A stretch of DNA of 64,000 nt from Actinomycetota bacterium (GTDB lineage: Bacteria; Actinomycetota; Actinomycetes; S36-B12), in assembly GCA_017857875.1 (NCBI GenBank), contig JAFMCH010000001.1, positions 67,745 to 131,744 of the forward strand. Reading direction: 5' to 3'. A program made the translations under genes and the position numbers. The notes below the pieces were generated by a model that was not told where the DNA came from, ran no database searches, and worked only from the letters and a program-made list of their open reading frames with translations. Positions within the stretch are counted from its first letter, which is position 1, and the number at the start of each line of letters is the position of its first letter. Below are positions 38,445-47,377 of the stretch, piece after piece.

Positions 38445-39068
38445 GTGGCGCGGATCCTGGTCATCGACAACTACGACTCTTTCGTGTTCAACCTCGTCCA
38501 ATACCTCGCCCAACTTGGCGCCGAAGTGCAGGTGCGCCGTAATGACGATGTCACGATCGAGCAGGCCTTGAGTTTCGACGGAATCTTGCTTTCCCCAGGC
38601 CCAGGCTCTCCTGAGCAGGCCGGAATATGCATGGAGGTGGTACGCGAATGCGGTGGGCGCGTGCCCATCTTGGGTGTCTGCCTGGGTCACCAGGCGATCG
38701 CCGCTGTTTACGGGGGTGTGGTGAGTGAAGCGCCTGAACTCCTGCACGGCAAAACCTCCTCGGTTCGTCATGACGGAAGCGGCGTCTTTACCGGCATTCC
38801 TGATGGTTTCATTGCCACCCGGTATCACTCCTTGGCCGTCGAACCAGCAAGCGTGCCGTCGTGCCTCCACGTCAATGCCACCAGCGATTCCGGCGTCATC
38901 ATGGGTCTGCGGCACCGTGAGCTAGCAATTGAGGGAGTTCAGTTTCACCCGGAATCGGTGTTGACCGAGGGCGGATTCTTGCTGCTGGCCAATTGGCTAG
39001 CGATGTGCGGCGATGAACAGGCGATTTCCCGCAGCGTCGGTCTGGCCCCGGTGGTCGGTAAGTCATGA
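38445..39068 (+). CDS. trpG: glutamine amidotransferase, anthranilate/aminodeoxychorismate synthase component II
   Basis: ILVIDNYDSFVFNLVQYL, the catalytic GVCLGHQ, and QFHPES. Confidence 0.88.
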   Translation: MARILVIDNYDSFVFNLVQYLAQLGAEVQVRRNDDVTIEQALSFDGILLSPGPGSPEQAGICMEVVRECGGRVPILGVCLGHQAIAAVYGGVVSEAPELLHGKTSSVRHDGSGVFTGIPDGFIATRYHSLAVEPASVPSCLHVNATSDSGVIMGLRHRELAIEGVQFHPESVLTEGGFLLLANWLAMCGDEQAISRSVGLAPVVGKS

Positions 39069-39751
39069 TCGTGGTGCGGCGCCGGATGGGGGTGATCATT
39101 GCGTCCACCCTGATGGTCATGGGTGTACTGACTCCAGGCCTACTGACGTCAAGTGTTGCGGCCCAGACAATGCGAAGCGACCAGGTTCCGGTGACGTACC
39201 GGGTTAACACCAACGACCCGGTCGTGTTCATTACGATCGACGATGGCATCACTCAATCCGATGCCGTTGCTCAAGTGGTGCGGCGCAAGAAGTTGCCCGT
39301 AACGTCGTTCTTGACCTGGAACACCGTTCGGGGGGATAACGCATATTTCTCCGCGGTCAGTCGTTTCGATTCAGTGCAAAATCACACCCTCAGTCACCCC
39401 GTCCTGACGGGATCTGGCGTAAATGTGCGGCGGGAAATCTGCGCGATCCAGCGCCCCATGCGGCAAGCATTCGGTGCTCGCCCGTATATGTTTCGTCCGC
39501 CCTACGGGGTGGGTCCACGTGATACTCGGATTCAATCAGCAACGTCATCGTGCGGTATCCGGCATATCGTGATGTGGGATGCGGTTGTTGATCGCGGCCG
39601 CTTACAAACGTGGAATGGTTCACGATTAAGTAAGGGTTCGATCATCCTGCTGCACTACACGCCCAATCTTGGCGCCGACTTGAAGGTGGCGTTGGCAGCC
39701 GCTCGAGCTCAAGGTCTTCGCCCGGCACCACTGCGTGACTATCTGCGCTAG
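39065..39751 (+). CDS. secreted polysaccharide deacetylase family protein (NodB homology)
   Basis: ATGA overlap with the trpG stop, a signal/TM segment (VIIASTLMVMGVLTPGLL), and NodB motifs FITIDDG, HTLSHP and FRPPYG. Confidence 0.75.
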   Translation: MIVVRRRMGVIIASTLMVMGVLTPGLLTSSVAAQTMRSDQVPVTYRVNTNDPVVFITIDDGITQSDAVAQVVRRKKLPVTSFLTWNTVRGDNAYFSAVSRFDSVQNHTLSHPVLTGSGVNVRREICAIQRPMRQAFGARPYMFRPPYGVGPRDTRIQSATSSCGIRHIVMWDAVVDRGRLQTWNGSRLSKGSIILLHYTPNLGADLKVALAAARAQGLRPAPLRDYLR

Positions 39752-41235
39752 TTGTCTACCCCCTCCATCAGGGTGCGAATTTTGCCAACGAAGAAGATAA
39801 ATACCACCCCGATGCCAATCGTGGTCAAACCCAATATCGCGAAGTAGCCGGCGTATCCCACGACCTCGACCAAGCGAACCACCTGACCGCCCAGTGAGTC
39901 ACCGACAGCAGTGGCCAAGAACCACAACGCCAGCATTTGGCTGAGCAAGCCCGCTGGTGCCAACTTGGTGGTTGCCGATAGACCATTGGGGCTGAGAAGT
40001 AGCTCCGACCAGGTCTGCACAAGGTAGACGCCCACCAGCCACCAGATCGCTGATTCCTGGGCGGTCTCGGCGGCCATCGCCGGGGGAATCATGATCAAGA
40101 AGGACAATCCAACACCAAAGATTGCGATCGCAAACTTCGCTGGGGTCGAGGGAGCTCGATTACCCAGATAGGTCCATAGACCGGCGAACATTGGCGCAAA
40201 AATGATGATGAAGATCGGGTTGATCGACTGCAGCCACTCCACAGGCATGGTGAAACTGCCAAATGTGGTGTCGGTGTATTGCTGGGCAAACTCGGTGAGA
40301 GTTGATCCAGATTGGTCATAGATCGCCCAGAAAACGACAGCTGCGAGGAACAGATACGCGAAGGCACGCACACGTTCACGGTCGATTGATGTGAGATCAG
40401 GGTTACGAAACAGCCTGATGAAATACAAGATGGCAACCGAAACGATCGTGATGCTCAGCATCACCGTGATGAAGTCGACACTAAACCCGAAAGCAAATAC
40501 ATCAATAAGCAACACGATGGTCACGCCAGCAACAACAAACGCCAAGAGGCGTCCGGCCTTGATTTTTTCGACCCGCGTAGCAGGCTTGGGCACCGCTCGA
40601 CCGGCATCGCCGAGGCCCTTGCCACCTAGCACGTATTGAACGAGTCCGATCACCATTCCGATACCGGCGGCGAGGAAGGCGACGTGCCAGCTGACTGATT
40701 CGGCTAGCCACCCGACAATCAGCGGCGCGATAAAGGCACCGAGGTTGATGCCCATGTAAAACAATGAAAAACCACTGTCGCGGCGTGTGTCATGCGGTGC
40801 GTACAGGTCACCAACAATTGCCGAGATGCTGGGCTTGAGGAGTCCGGTACCGGCGGCAATGACCACCAGACCCACCCAGAACAGCAATTGGATCGGCACT
40901 GCCATCATGAAGTGTCCGGTAGCGATCACGATGCCGCCCACCAGCACAGCTCGCCTGGGCCCGGTGAGTCGGTCAGCGACCCAGCCACCAGCCAGTGGCA
41001 GCAGATAGATCAAGGATGAATAGGAACCGTAAATAGCCGCGGCTACCCCGACTGTGAGACCCAGTCCAGCACCTGGCGGTGACTCTCCATTGGGCGGTGC
41101 GATCAGGTAGAGCACCAAGATGGCGCGCATACCGTAGTAGGAAAAGCGCTCCCACATCTCGGTGAGAAACAAGGTGGCGAGGCCACGTGGCTGGCCCATA
41201 AAGGTCCGCTCCACGGTTGGGCTGGAGGTACTCAC
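39748..41235 (-). CDS. proton-dependent oligopeptide transporter (POT/PTR2 family)
   Basis: The signature LFLTEMWERFSYYGMRAIL and FYMGINLGAF, with about 14 TM segments. Confidence 0.88.
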   Translation of the reverse strand: MSTSSPTVERTFMGQPRGLATLFLTEMWERFSYYGMRAILVLYLIAPPNGESPPGAGLGLTVGVAAAIYGSYSSLIYLLPLAGGWVADRLTGPRRAVLVGGIVIATGHFMMAVPIQLLFWVGLVVIAAGTGLLKPSISAIVGDLYAPHDTRRDSGFSLFYMGINLGAFIAPLIVGWLAESVSWHVAFLAAGIGMVIGLVQYVLGGKGLGDAGRAVPKPATRVEKIKAGRLLAFVVAGVTIVLLIDVFAFGFSVDFITVMLSITIVSVAILYFIRLFRNPDLTSIDRERVRAFAYLFLAAVVFWAIYDQSGSTLTEFAQQYTDTTFGSFTMPVEWLQSINPIFIIIFAPMFAGLWTYLGNRAPSTPAKFAIAIFGVGLSFLIMIPPAMAAETAQESAIWWLVGVYLVQTWSELLLSPNGLSATTKLAPAGLLSQMLALWFLATAVGDSLGGQVVRLVEVVGYAGYFAILGLTTIGIGVVFIFFVGKIRTLMEGVDN

Positions 41236-41271
41236 GGGCGCTACTGTCTCACCTGTTCACCCAAGATTCAT

Positions 41272-42270
41272 TCAGACACCAACAATTGGTGCCCACCAGT
41301 CGGTGTGTTGGCGATACCAGTCGATCGTTTCACCCAAACCTGTCGCAAGATCGTGTTGTGGTTGATAGCCGAGTGCACGAATTCGATCATCGTTCACGCT
41401 GTATCTCCGGTCATGGCCGAGTCGATCCGGTACCTGCTCAACCCAGTCTTCCCATGGCTTGTCCATCGCGGCCAGGATCTTCGCGGTCAGGTCACGATTG
41501 GTCATTTCAATGCCGCCACCAATGTTGTATGCCGTGCCAGGGCTACCAGCGGCAAGGACGACATCAATGCCCTGACAGTGGTCATCCACGTGCAGCCAGT
41601 CGCGCACGTTTCCGCCATCGCCGTACAGGGGCACCGGTAGCCCTCGCAGTAGGTTCGTCACAAACAACGGAATGACTTTTTCGGGGTACTGATAGGGACC
41701 GTAATTGTTTGAGCATCGAGTGCTACTGATGTTCATGCCGTAGGTGTGGTGGTACGCGCGAACCAAGAGCTCCGCCGCGGCCTTGGCTGCTGAATAGGGC
41801 GAGTTTGGCTGCAGTGGAGCGTCTTCGGTCCATGAACCCGCGTCGATCGATCCATAAACTTCATCGGTACCGATATGCACAACCCGCGCAGTGCCTTGGC
41901 GTAGGCAGGCATCAAAGAGTGTCTGGGCACCCACCACATTGGTCATAATGAAATCCTGGGGTCCTTGAATGGACCGGTCTACATGGGTTTCGGCGGCAAA
42001 ATTGATGACGGCATCAACACCGGGGAGGACTGAGTCGACAAGGTTTCCATCGCAAATGTCTCCGATGATCAACTCCAGTCGAGGGTCATCGACAACGGAG
42101 GCGAGATTCGCCAGGTTGCCCGCGTAGGTGAGTTTGTCCAGAACGATCACTGTGTCGAGATCCTGTAGCGGCGATGGGGCAGGTGAAGATTCGGCGCCCA
42201 AAATCCTGCGCACATAATGTGAGCCGATAAACCCGGCGCCACCGGTGACCAGGACCCGCTTGATCGTCAT
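41272..42270 (-). CDS. rfbB: dTDP-glucose 4,6-dehydratase
   Basis: VLVTGGAGFIGSHYV, the YSAAKAA catalytic motif, and overall RmlB length (332 aa). Confidence 0.9.
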   Translation of the reverse strand: MTIKRVLVTGGAGFIGSHYVRRILGAESSPAPSPLQDLDTVIVLDKLTYAGNLANLASVVDDPRLELIIGDICDGNLVDSVLPGVDAVINFAAETHVDRSIQGPQDFIMTNVVGAQTLFDACLRQGTARVVHIGTDEVYGSIDAGSWTEDAPLQPNSPYSAAKAAAELLVRAYHHTYGMNISSTRCSNNYGPYQYPEKVIPLFVTNLLRGLPVPLYGDGGNVRDWLHVDDHCQGIDVVLAAGSPGTAYNIGGGIEMTNRDLTAKILAAMDKPWEDWVEQVPDRLGHDRRYSVNDDRIRALGYQPQHDLATGLGETIDWYRQHTDWWAPIVGV

Positions 42271-43499
42271 CTTTTGACCAATCCCATTGCCTCAGCTGAC
42301 TCCCACAACTGCTCACGGGCATCTGGATGAGCTGCTTTGTCGATGATGTCGGTGACCTGCTCGGCCTGGCTACGACCAAAAGCACGAGCTATGCCGAACT
42401 CTGTCACCACGGCACTGTGTTGAAACGAGGTCACCGGCTCATCAATGCGTTCAACAATGGTCGACACGTTTGCCTTGGCATGCCAGGAGGCCAGTGCGAT
42501 GTAGGCAGCGCCCCCGCGTGAATGCAGGGCACCCTCAATGAAGTCAACCGAACCTCCGAAGCCGGAGTAGATCTTGCCGTTCATGCGCGAGGCGTTGGCT
42601 TGATCAAATAGATCAACCTGGAGGGCACCATTAACGCTGGTCATGTGTCGCTGACGAGCGATGCGGCCTGGATCATTGGTGCTTTCGGTGCGCAGCATGC
42701 GAACCCGATGATTCAAATGCACGAAGTCGTAGAGATTTTGGCTGCCGAACAAAAATGATGCGGTGAGTGGAATATCTCGATCAAGGCAACCATTTTCGTG
42801 GAGCGCGAGTACACCGTCGGAGAACATCTCCGTCCACACACGCAGTCCTTGGTGCTTGGTGAGTTCGGCAAGAACCGCGTCAGGTACTCCACCGATACCC
42901 ATCTGCAGGGTTGACCCGTCGACAATGTGACCTGCAATGCGTTCCCCAATCGACCGCGCTGTGTCATCGATCGGCGGTGCGGTGTGTGTTGCGATCGGTT
43001 CGTCAACCTCAACGAGGTAATCGATTTCATGGGAGTAGATCTGGGCATCGCCGTAGGTGTAGGGCATGTGCAGATTAGCCTGCGCAATGACGATCGCTCC
43101 GTATTCACGCGCTGCCTCTATCGCAGCCGGCAAGATATTGACTTCTATACCTAAACTAACGGTGTCGTAGCGAGGCGCTGAGGTATGAATGACGATGACG
43201 TCAGGTCGAAATTCGTGGTGAAACATGACAGGTGCGACACTGAGTCGACACGGAAAGTATTGCAGTCGTTCACTTTTTCGTACTCCAGGGCCCACGAAAA
43301 TAGTTTCGTGGGTGATACCGGGGCGGTCTGGCACACCAACTTGAGCATTGAGCATATTGAGTCGAAAGCATTCAAGTTGCTCGTTGATCACGTTCAGTAC
43401 CCGCGTGGGTGTGGCGAAGTTGCCTGAGCACACGATCCTGGGGTTGTCGGGCAGGTCCGCGAGGACTCCGTGGAGTTGGTCCAGACTGATGGTCTTCAT
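42267..43499 (-). CDS. acetyl-CoA hydrolase/transferase family protein (4-hydroxybutyrate CoA-transferase-like)
   Basis: 410 aa ORF with LQMGIGGVPDAV and GFGGSVDF motifs typical of the family. Its stop overlaps the rfbB start (ATGA). Confidence 0.78.
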   Translation of the reverse strand: MKTISLDQLHGVLADLPDNPRIVCSGNFATPTRVLNVINEQLECFRLNMLNAQVGVPDRPGITHETIFVGPGVRKSERLQYFPCRLSVAPVMFHHEFRPDVIVIHTSAPRYDTVSLGIEVNILPAAIEAAREYGAIVIAQANLHMPYTYGDAQIYSHEIDYLVEVDEPIATHTAPPIDDTARSIGERIAGHIVDGSTLQMGIGGVPDAVLAELTKHQGLRVWTEMFSDGVLALHENGCLDRDIPLTASFLFGSQNLYDFVHLNHRVRMLRTESTNDPGRIARQRHMTSVNGALQVDLFDQANASRMNGKIYSGFGGSVDFIEGALHSRGGAAYIALASWHAKANVSTIVERIDEPVTSFQHSAVVTEFGIARAFGRSQAEQVTDIIDKAAHPDAREQLWESAEAMGLVKR

Positions 43500-43519
43500 G
43501 TGTTCAGCCTCAGCGTTGG

Positions 43520-44488
43520 TTATTCAACGTCGAGGATGACTTTGCCCACAGCCCCGCCCTCGACCGCATCAAAGGCGGCAGCCGCTTGATCAAGGGTGAA
43601 GCGATGCAGTGGCAGGGCCGATAAGGCACCTTCGGTGAGCGCATCGGTGATGTCGGCTACGGCCTGGGTCAGCATGACCGGAGTAAAGCCATACAAAATC
43701 ATGTAGCGGACAGTCACGTTGAGATTCATCAGTTCACGAGTGGGAAGGACAGGATCAGTGGGTTCTGATGCGTAGGTGACGATGGTGCCGTGTGGTGCGA
43801 TCACACCCAGGTCCAATGCCAGGTTTGCTCCTAAGGCCACCTCAATGATTCGGTCAACACCGGCCCTTGCGGCAGCAGAAATCTGCTCGCGGGCGTCTGG
43901 CTCTTTGTAATTGACGACCACGTGTGCGCCGGCAGCATGGGCCAGGGCTGCCTTCTGTGCTGAGCTCACCGTCGCAATGACATGCGCACCGGCGCGCACA
44001 GCCAATTCAATGGCAGCGTGACCGACAGCCCCGGCACCACCTGCGACCAACACTGTCGCCCCATCAAGGGGACCGTCGCTAAACAGGCAGGCGTGCGCGG
44101 TGAGATAGGGCACACCTAGGCCGGCGGCCTGCTCGCTGGTGATACCAGCCGGAAGCGGCACAGCTAGCCGAGCCGGTACGACTGCGTACTGGGCCGCGGT
44201 CCCCCATTGGCGCTGGAATGCGGCGAGGAAGACCCATACCCTCTCACCAATGCGCGCGGGATCAACCCCCGAACCGACCGCCTCGATCACACCTGCCGCG
44301 TCATGGCAGGGCACCTGAAAATCGAAGGGAATTGCTGGGCCGGCGTTTCGCACCTTGAAGTCGGTGGGGTTGACCCCGGCAGTATCGACCTTGATGCGAA
44401 CTTCTCCCGGCCCTGGTCCGGGGGTGCTGACCTCCTGCACTGTTAGAACGCTGGAGGGGCCATGTTGAGAATAGGTAACTGCGCGCAT
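43520..44488 (-). CDS. NADPH:quinone oxidoreductase / zinc-type alcohol dehydrogenase superfamily protein
   Basis: MRAVTY...GEVRIKVDTAGVNPTD and the Rossmann motif VAGGAGAVGHAAIELA. The longest ORF starts at 44509. Confidence 0.8.
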   Translation of the reverse strand: MRAVTYSQHGPSSVLTVQEVSTPGPGPGEVRIKVDTAGVNPTDFKVRNAGPAIPFDFQVPCHDAAGVIEAVGSGVDPARIGERVWVFLAAFQRQWGTAAQYAVVPARLAVPLPAGITSEQAAGLGVPYLTAHACLFSDGPLDGATVLVAGGAGAVGHAAIELAVRAGAHVIATVSSAQKAALAHAAGAHVVVNYKEPDAREQISAAARAGVDRIIEVALGANLALDLGVIAPHGTIVTYASEPTDPVLPTRELMNLNVTVRYMILYGFTPVMLTQAVADITDALTEGALSALPLHRFTLDQAAAAFDAVEGGAVGKVILDVE

Positions 44489-44511
44489 AGCACCGCACAC
44501 TAAACCCACGG

Positions 44512-45987
44512 CTAGGTGACGCGCAGCACCCTGCTCACAGAAGCCGTTTTTCCGAGGTCATTGGCTAGCCGGGCACGGCATGAATAGGTGCGGTTTCGAG
44601 TGAGGTTGGTGACCACCGCTATGCCGCCTTTTTCAATCTCACCCACCCGCGTGGGGAGCCCTGGACTGTGGCAGGTGACCTCGCGGCGGGTCAGGCTCGA
44701 CCCGTTATTCGACAGTCGTTGAACACTGAAGGTGGCTGATCGGTTTCCGTTGACCGTCACCGAAGTGATCCGGGCTCGGTTTGGCGGACCAACCGGGCGG
44801 ATCTTCACCGGAGCGGAGTTCGTTGAGGATGCTCCTTGGCGGAGAGACACCGCGGTGAGCGTGTAGCGCTTGCCCGGCTTGAGGCCCGACAGCGTGCACT
44901 GTGCAGACGCGCGCTGGCTTGGGGCTTTCATGCCGCACGTAGTCACAGAGCCGCTGGTCAAGGTCGCACTCACGAGATACCTGTCCGCGGTGAGCCCTTC
45001 TACTGAGGGCTCCACCGTGACAACTGCCGTACGAGTGCCCAGGGTTACATCGACGATGGCGGGTGCCTCGGGGGTGAGATTGGGATCCGGGGTGATGGGA
45101 ACACCGGCGGAAATGAGAAAGGTGTTCATCGCCGACACACGCGTGTACACACCAGGAAGCGTGCTCGCACAAAGTTCCGGGCCCCAACTGACCACGCCAA
45201 CGAGTCGGTAACCATCGTCTGCCCGGCCTAGAAGTGGTCCACCGGAATCGCCGCTGCAACTGTCGACGATGGCGCCATTGCGTACTCCGCTGGCACACAC
45301 CATGGTCGCCGGTGACGCATCAAAGCGGTCGTATCCGCGAAAGCGCACTCCGTCGATCTCATAACTTTGATCGCCTCCGCAACTATTTCGGGGAAAGGCC
45401 ACCAGATCGCCCCAGCGGTAAAGATCGGCCGCTTGGGTGCCGTTTCGGCGAGTCGCACCCCACCCGCCGACGACCAGCGGGGCCCCGGCGGAAAGCAGAG
45501 TTTGATCATCATCGGGGGTTGCCACCGAAACAGGTACGACGCCAGGCAGATCTGCACTGAGTTGGAGTACGGCGATGTCACCTGAGGCGGTGACCTCGTT
45601 GTAGCCAGGATTAACCGTGACCTTGACCACCCGGACCACGCTGGCATCGGGATCACTCAGGCGGCCATCTCCCGTGCGTGCCACGATGAGGCTGGCGGCC
45701 GCCGTCACTCGATCGCGCTCTGACACGCAGTGCGCTGCCGTGACGATCAAGCGAGGGGTTACTGCCGTACCGCCACAGAACTGAGCATCAAAGAGTCCAT
45801 CAGACTCATACGTGTTGCGGTCTGCCACTGCAACCAGCGAACCCAACCGAGCATCGGGGCCGGGTAGTCCATTCACCACCTTGGGAGTGAGGGGCACCTC
45901 ACTGGACGCAAGGGCAGGAGCAGCGCCGAAGCTGAGGGCGAGGCAGGTTGCGCCTACAGTCAGGATGAGGGCGCGGTCGCGGGTCAT
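44512..45987 (-). CDS. secreted trypsin-like (S1) serine protease with two C-terminal FN3-like domains
   Basis: Signal peptide (LILTVGATCLALSFGAAPALA), the catalytic triad contexts TAAHC, GDIAVLQL and CSGDSGGPL, then two beta-rich modules of about 90 aa (LKPGKRYTLTAVS; LTRNRTYSCRA). Confidence 0.8.
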   Translation of the reverse strand: MTRDRALILTVGATCLALSFGAAPALASSEVPLTPKVVNGLPGPDARLGSLVAVADRNTYESDGLFDAQFCGGTAVTPRLIVTAAHCVSERDRVTAAASLIVARTGDGRLSDPDASVVRVVKVTVNPGYNEVTASGDIAVLQLSADLPGVVPVSVATPDDDQTLLSAGAPLVVGGWGATRRNGTQAADLYRWGDLVAFPRNSCGGDQSYEIDGVRFRGYDRFDASPATMVCASGVRNGAIVDSCSGDSGGPLLGRADDGYRLVGVVSWGPELCASTLPGVYTRVSAMNTFLISAGVPITPDPNLTPEAPAIVDVTLGTRTAVVTVEPSVEGLTADRYLVSATLTSGSVTTCGMKAPSQRASAQCTLSGLKPGKRYTLTAVSLRQGASSTNSAPVKIRPVGPPNRARITSVTVNGNRSATFSVQRLSNNGSSLTRREVTCHSPGLPTRVGEIEKGGIAVVTNLTRNRTYSCRARLANDLGKTASVSRVLRVT

Positions 45988-46067
45988 GGGTTGATGCTAA
46001 GCCTTGTGCGCCCCGAAAGGCCGATCGAGAACGGTAGCGGGGGTCTAGGTAGATAGAGGAGATTGCG

Positions 46068-46826
46068 ATGTCCACTGCACTCGTCACCGGCGCATCAACC
46101 GGAATAGGACTGTCCTTTGCCCGCATCCTTGCCACGCGTGGCCACGACCTGGTGATCGTGGCTCGACACCGTGACCGGTTGGAGGCGCTGGCCATCGAAC
46201 TTGCGGCCATGTCGAGCACTCCGATCAGCGTGGAGGTTCTAGCGGCCGATCTGGCTGCGCCAGAGCAGTTGCAGCGGGTGGTCGATCGCCTGTCTGACGT
46301 CACTCGCCCGGTGGATATCTGTGTGAACAACGCTGGTATGGGGGTGCGTGAGCCGTTTGGGAGGTCTGCGGTTGAGGATGAACAACTCATGATCGACGTC
46401 ATGGTGACGGCGGTGATGCGGTTGAGTCATGCGATTGTTCCGGGCATGGTCGCCCGAGGAACCGGGGCCATCATCAATGTGAGCAGCATTGCCGGCTGGA
46501 TGCCGACCGGCACCTATTCAGCGATCAAGGCGTGGGCCACAACCTTCAGTGAGAGTCTGCATAACGAGGTGAAGCAAGACGGGGTTAGCGTCATTGCGGT
46601 CTGCCCGGGCTATACCCGTACCGAGTTTCACCAGCGCGCTGGCATGACGATGTCGAGTGTGCCGTCGTGGATGTGGCTAGACGCCGATGAGGTGGTGGCT
46701 CAGGCACTGAAGGATGCACGCAAAGGAAAGTCGTGGAGCGTGGCTGGGCGCAAATATAAGGCGATGGGGTGGGCTGCACGAGTGCTGCCGCGATCTGTGG
46801 TGGCGAAGGTTACGGCTGCGCGCTGA
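46068..46826 (+). CDS. SDR family oxidoreductase
   Basis: TGASTGIGLSFA, NNAG, and YSAIK catalytic motifs. Confidence 0.88.
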   Translation: MSTALVTGASTGIGLSFARILATRGHDLVIVARHRDRLEALAIELAAMSSTPISVEVLAADLAAPEQLQRVVDRLSDVTRPVDICVNNAGMGVREPFGRSAVEDEQLMIDVMVTAVMRLSHAIVPGMVARGTGAIINVSSIAGWMPTGTYSAIKAWATTFSESLHNEVKQDGVSVIAVCPGYTRTEFHQRAGMTMSSVPSWMWLDADEVVAQALKDARKGKSWSVAGRKYKAMGWAARVLPRSVVAKVTAAR

Positions 46827-47289
46827 GGTCAGCCACGGCGGACGCTGCGTCACCGTGCACGATCGTCCAGCCACGCAACCGTGCGGCTGATGCGAGTGGT
46901 TCGGCGGCAACGGCATCGCGGGTGATCACAACCGTCACGGGTGCATCGGGCCAGTCGCTCACGGTGCCGGGTGCGGGCAATTGCGGATCAACGAGCACGT
47001 ATCCGCCCACTTTGCGTCGGGCTGAGCGTTGCGCGAAGCCCAACTGAGGGGCGAATCGGGCCGTTTCGCCGCCAAAGACCAGTAGTTGCCAGACGTGGGC
47101 TGGGCACCGCTGAGCAAGTTCGATGCTGGTTCGGGCCACCCAGGTGTCATCGTTTTCGATGGCACTGAGCGTCACGACGGTCGTGCCCGCATCGGCACTG
47201 AGCGAACCCCATTCAGCGGGTGCGGGCGAGGTGAGCACGACAACTGTTGGTCGATCGGTGGCGTAATAGTCAAGCCCAGTCACACCCAT
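46810..47289 (-). CDS. hypothetical protein (about 159 aa)
   Basis: This is the part of the 298 aa minus ORF downstream of the ATG at 47289 (MGVTGLDYYATDRPTVVVL...). The upstream part would overlap the neighbouring divergent gene and its AT-richer promoter region. I recognise no family. Confidence 0.4.
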   Translation of the reverse strand: MGVTGLDYYATDRPTVVVLTSPAPAEWGSLSADAGTTVVTLSAIENDDTWVARTSIELAQRCPAHVWQLLVFGGETARFAPQLGFAQRSARRKVGGYVLVDPQLPAPGTVSDWPDAPVTVVITRDAVAAEPLASAARLRGWTIVHGDAASAVADLSAQP

Positions 47290-47377
47290 GACACTAGGAC
47301 CGCCCGAGACAATCGTGATGAGAGTTAGGAGATATACGTTCGGACTTTTTCTCTTGCAGTGACTCTGACTTAATGTC

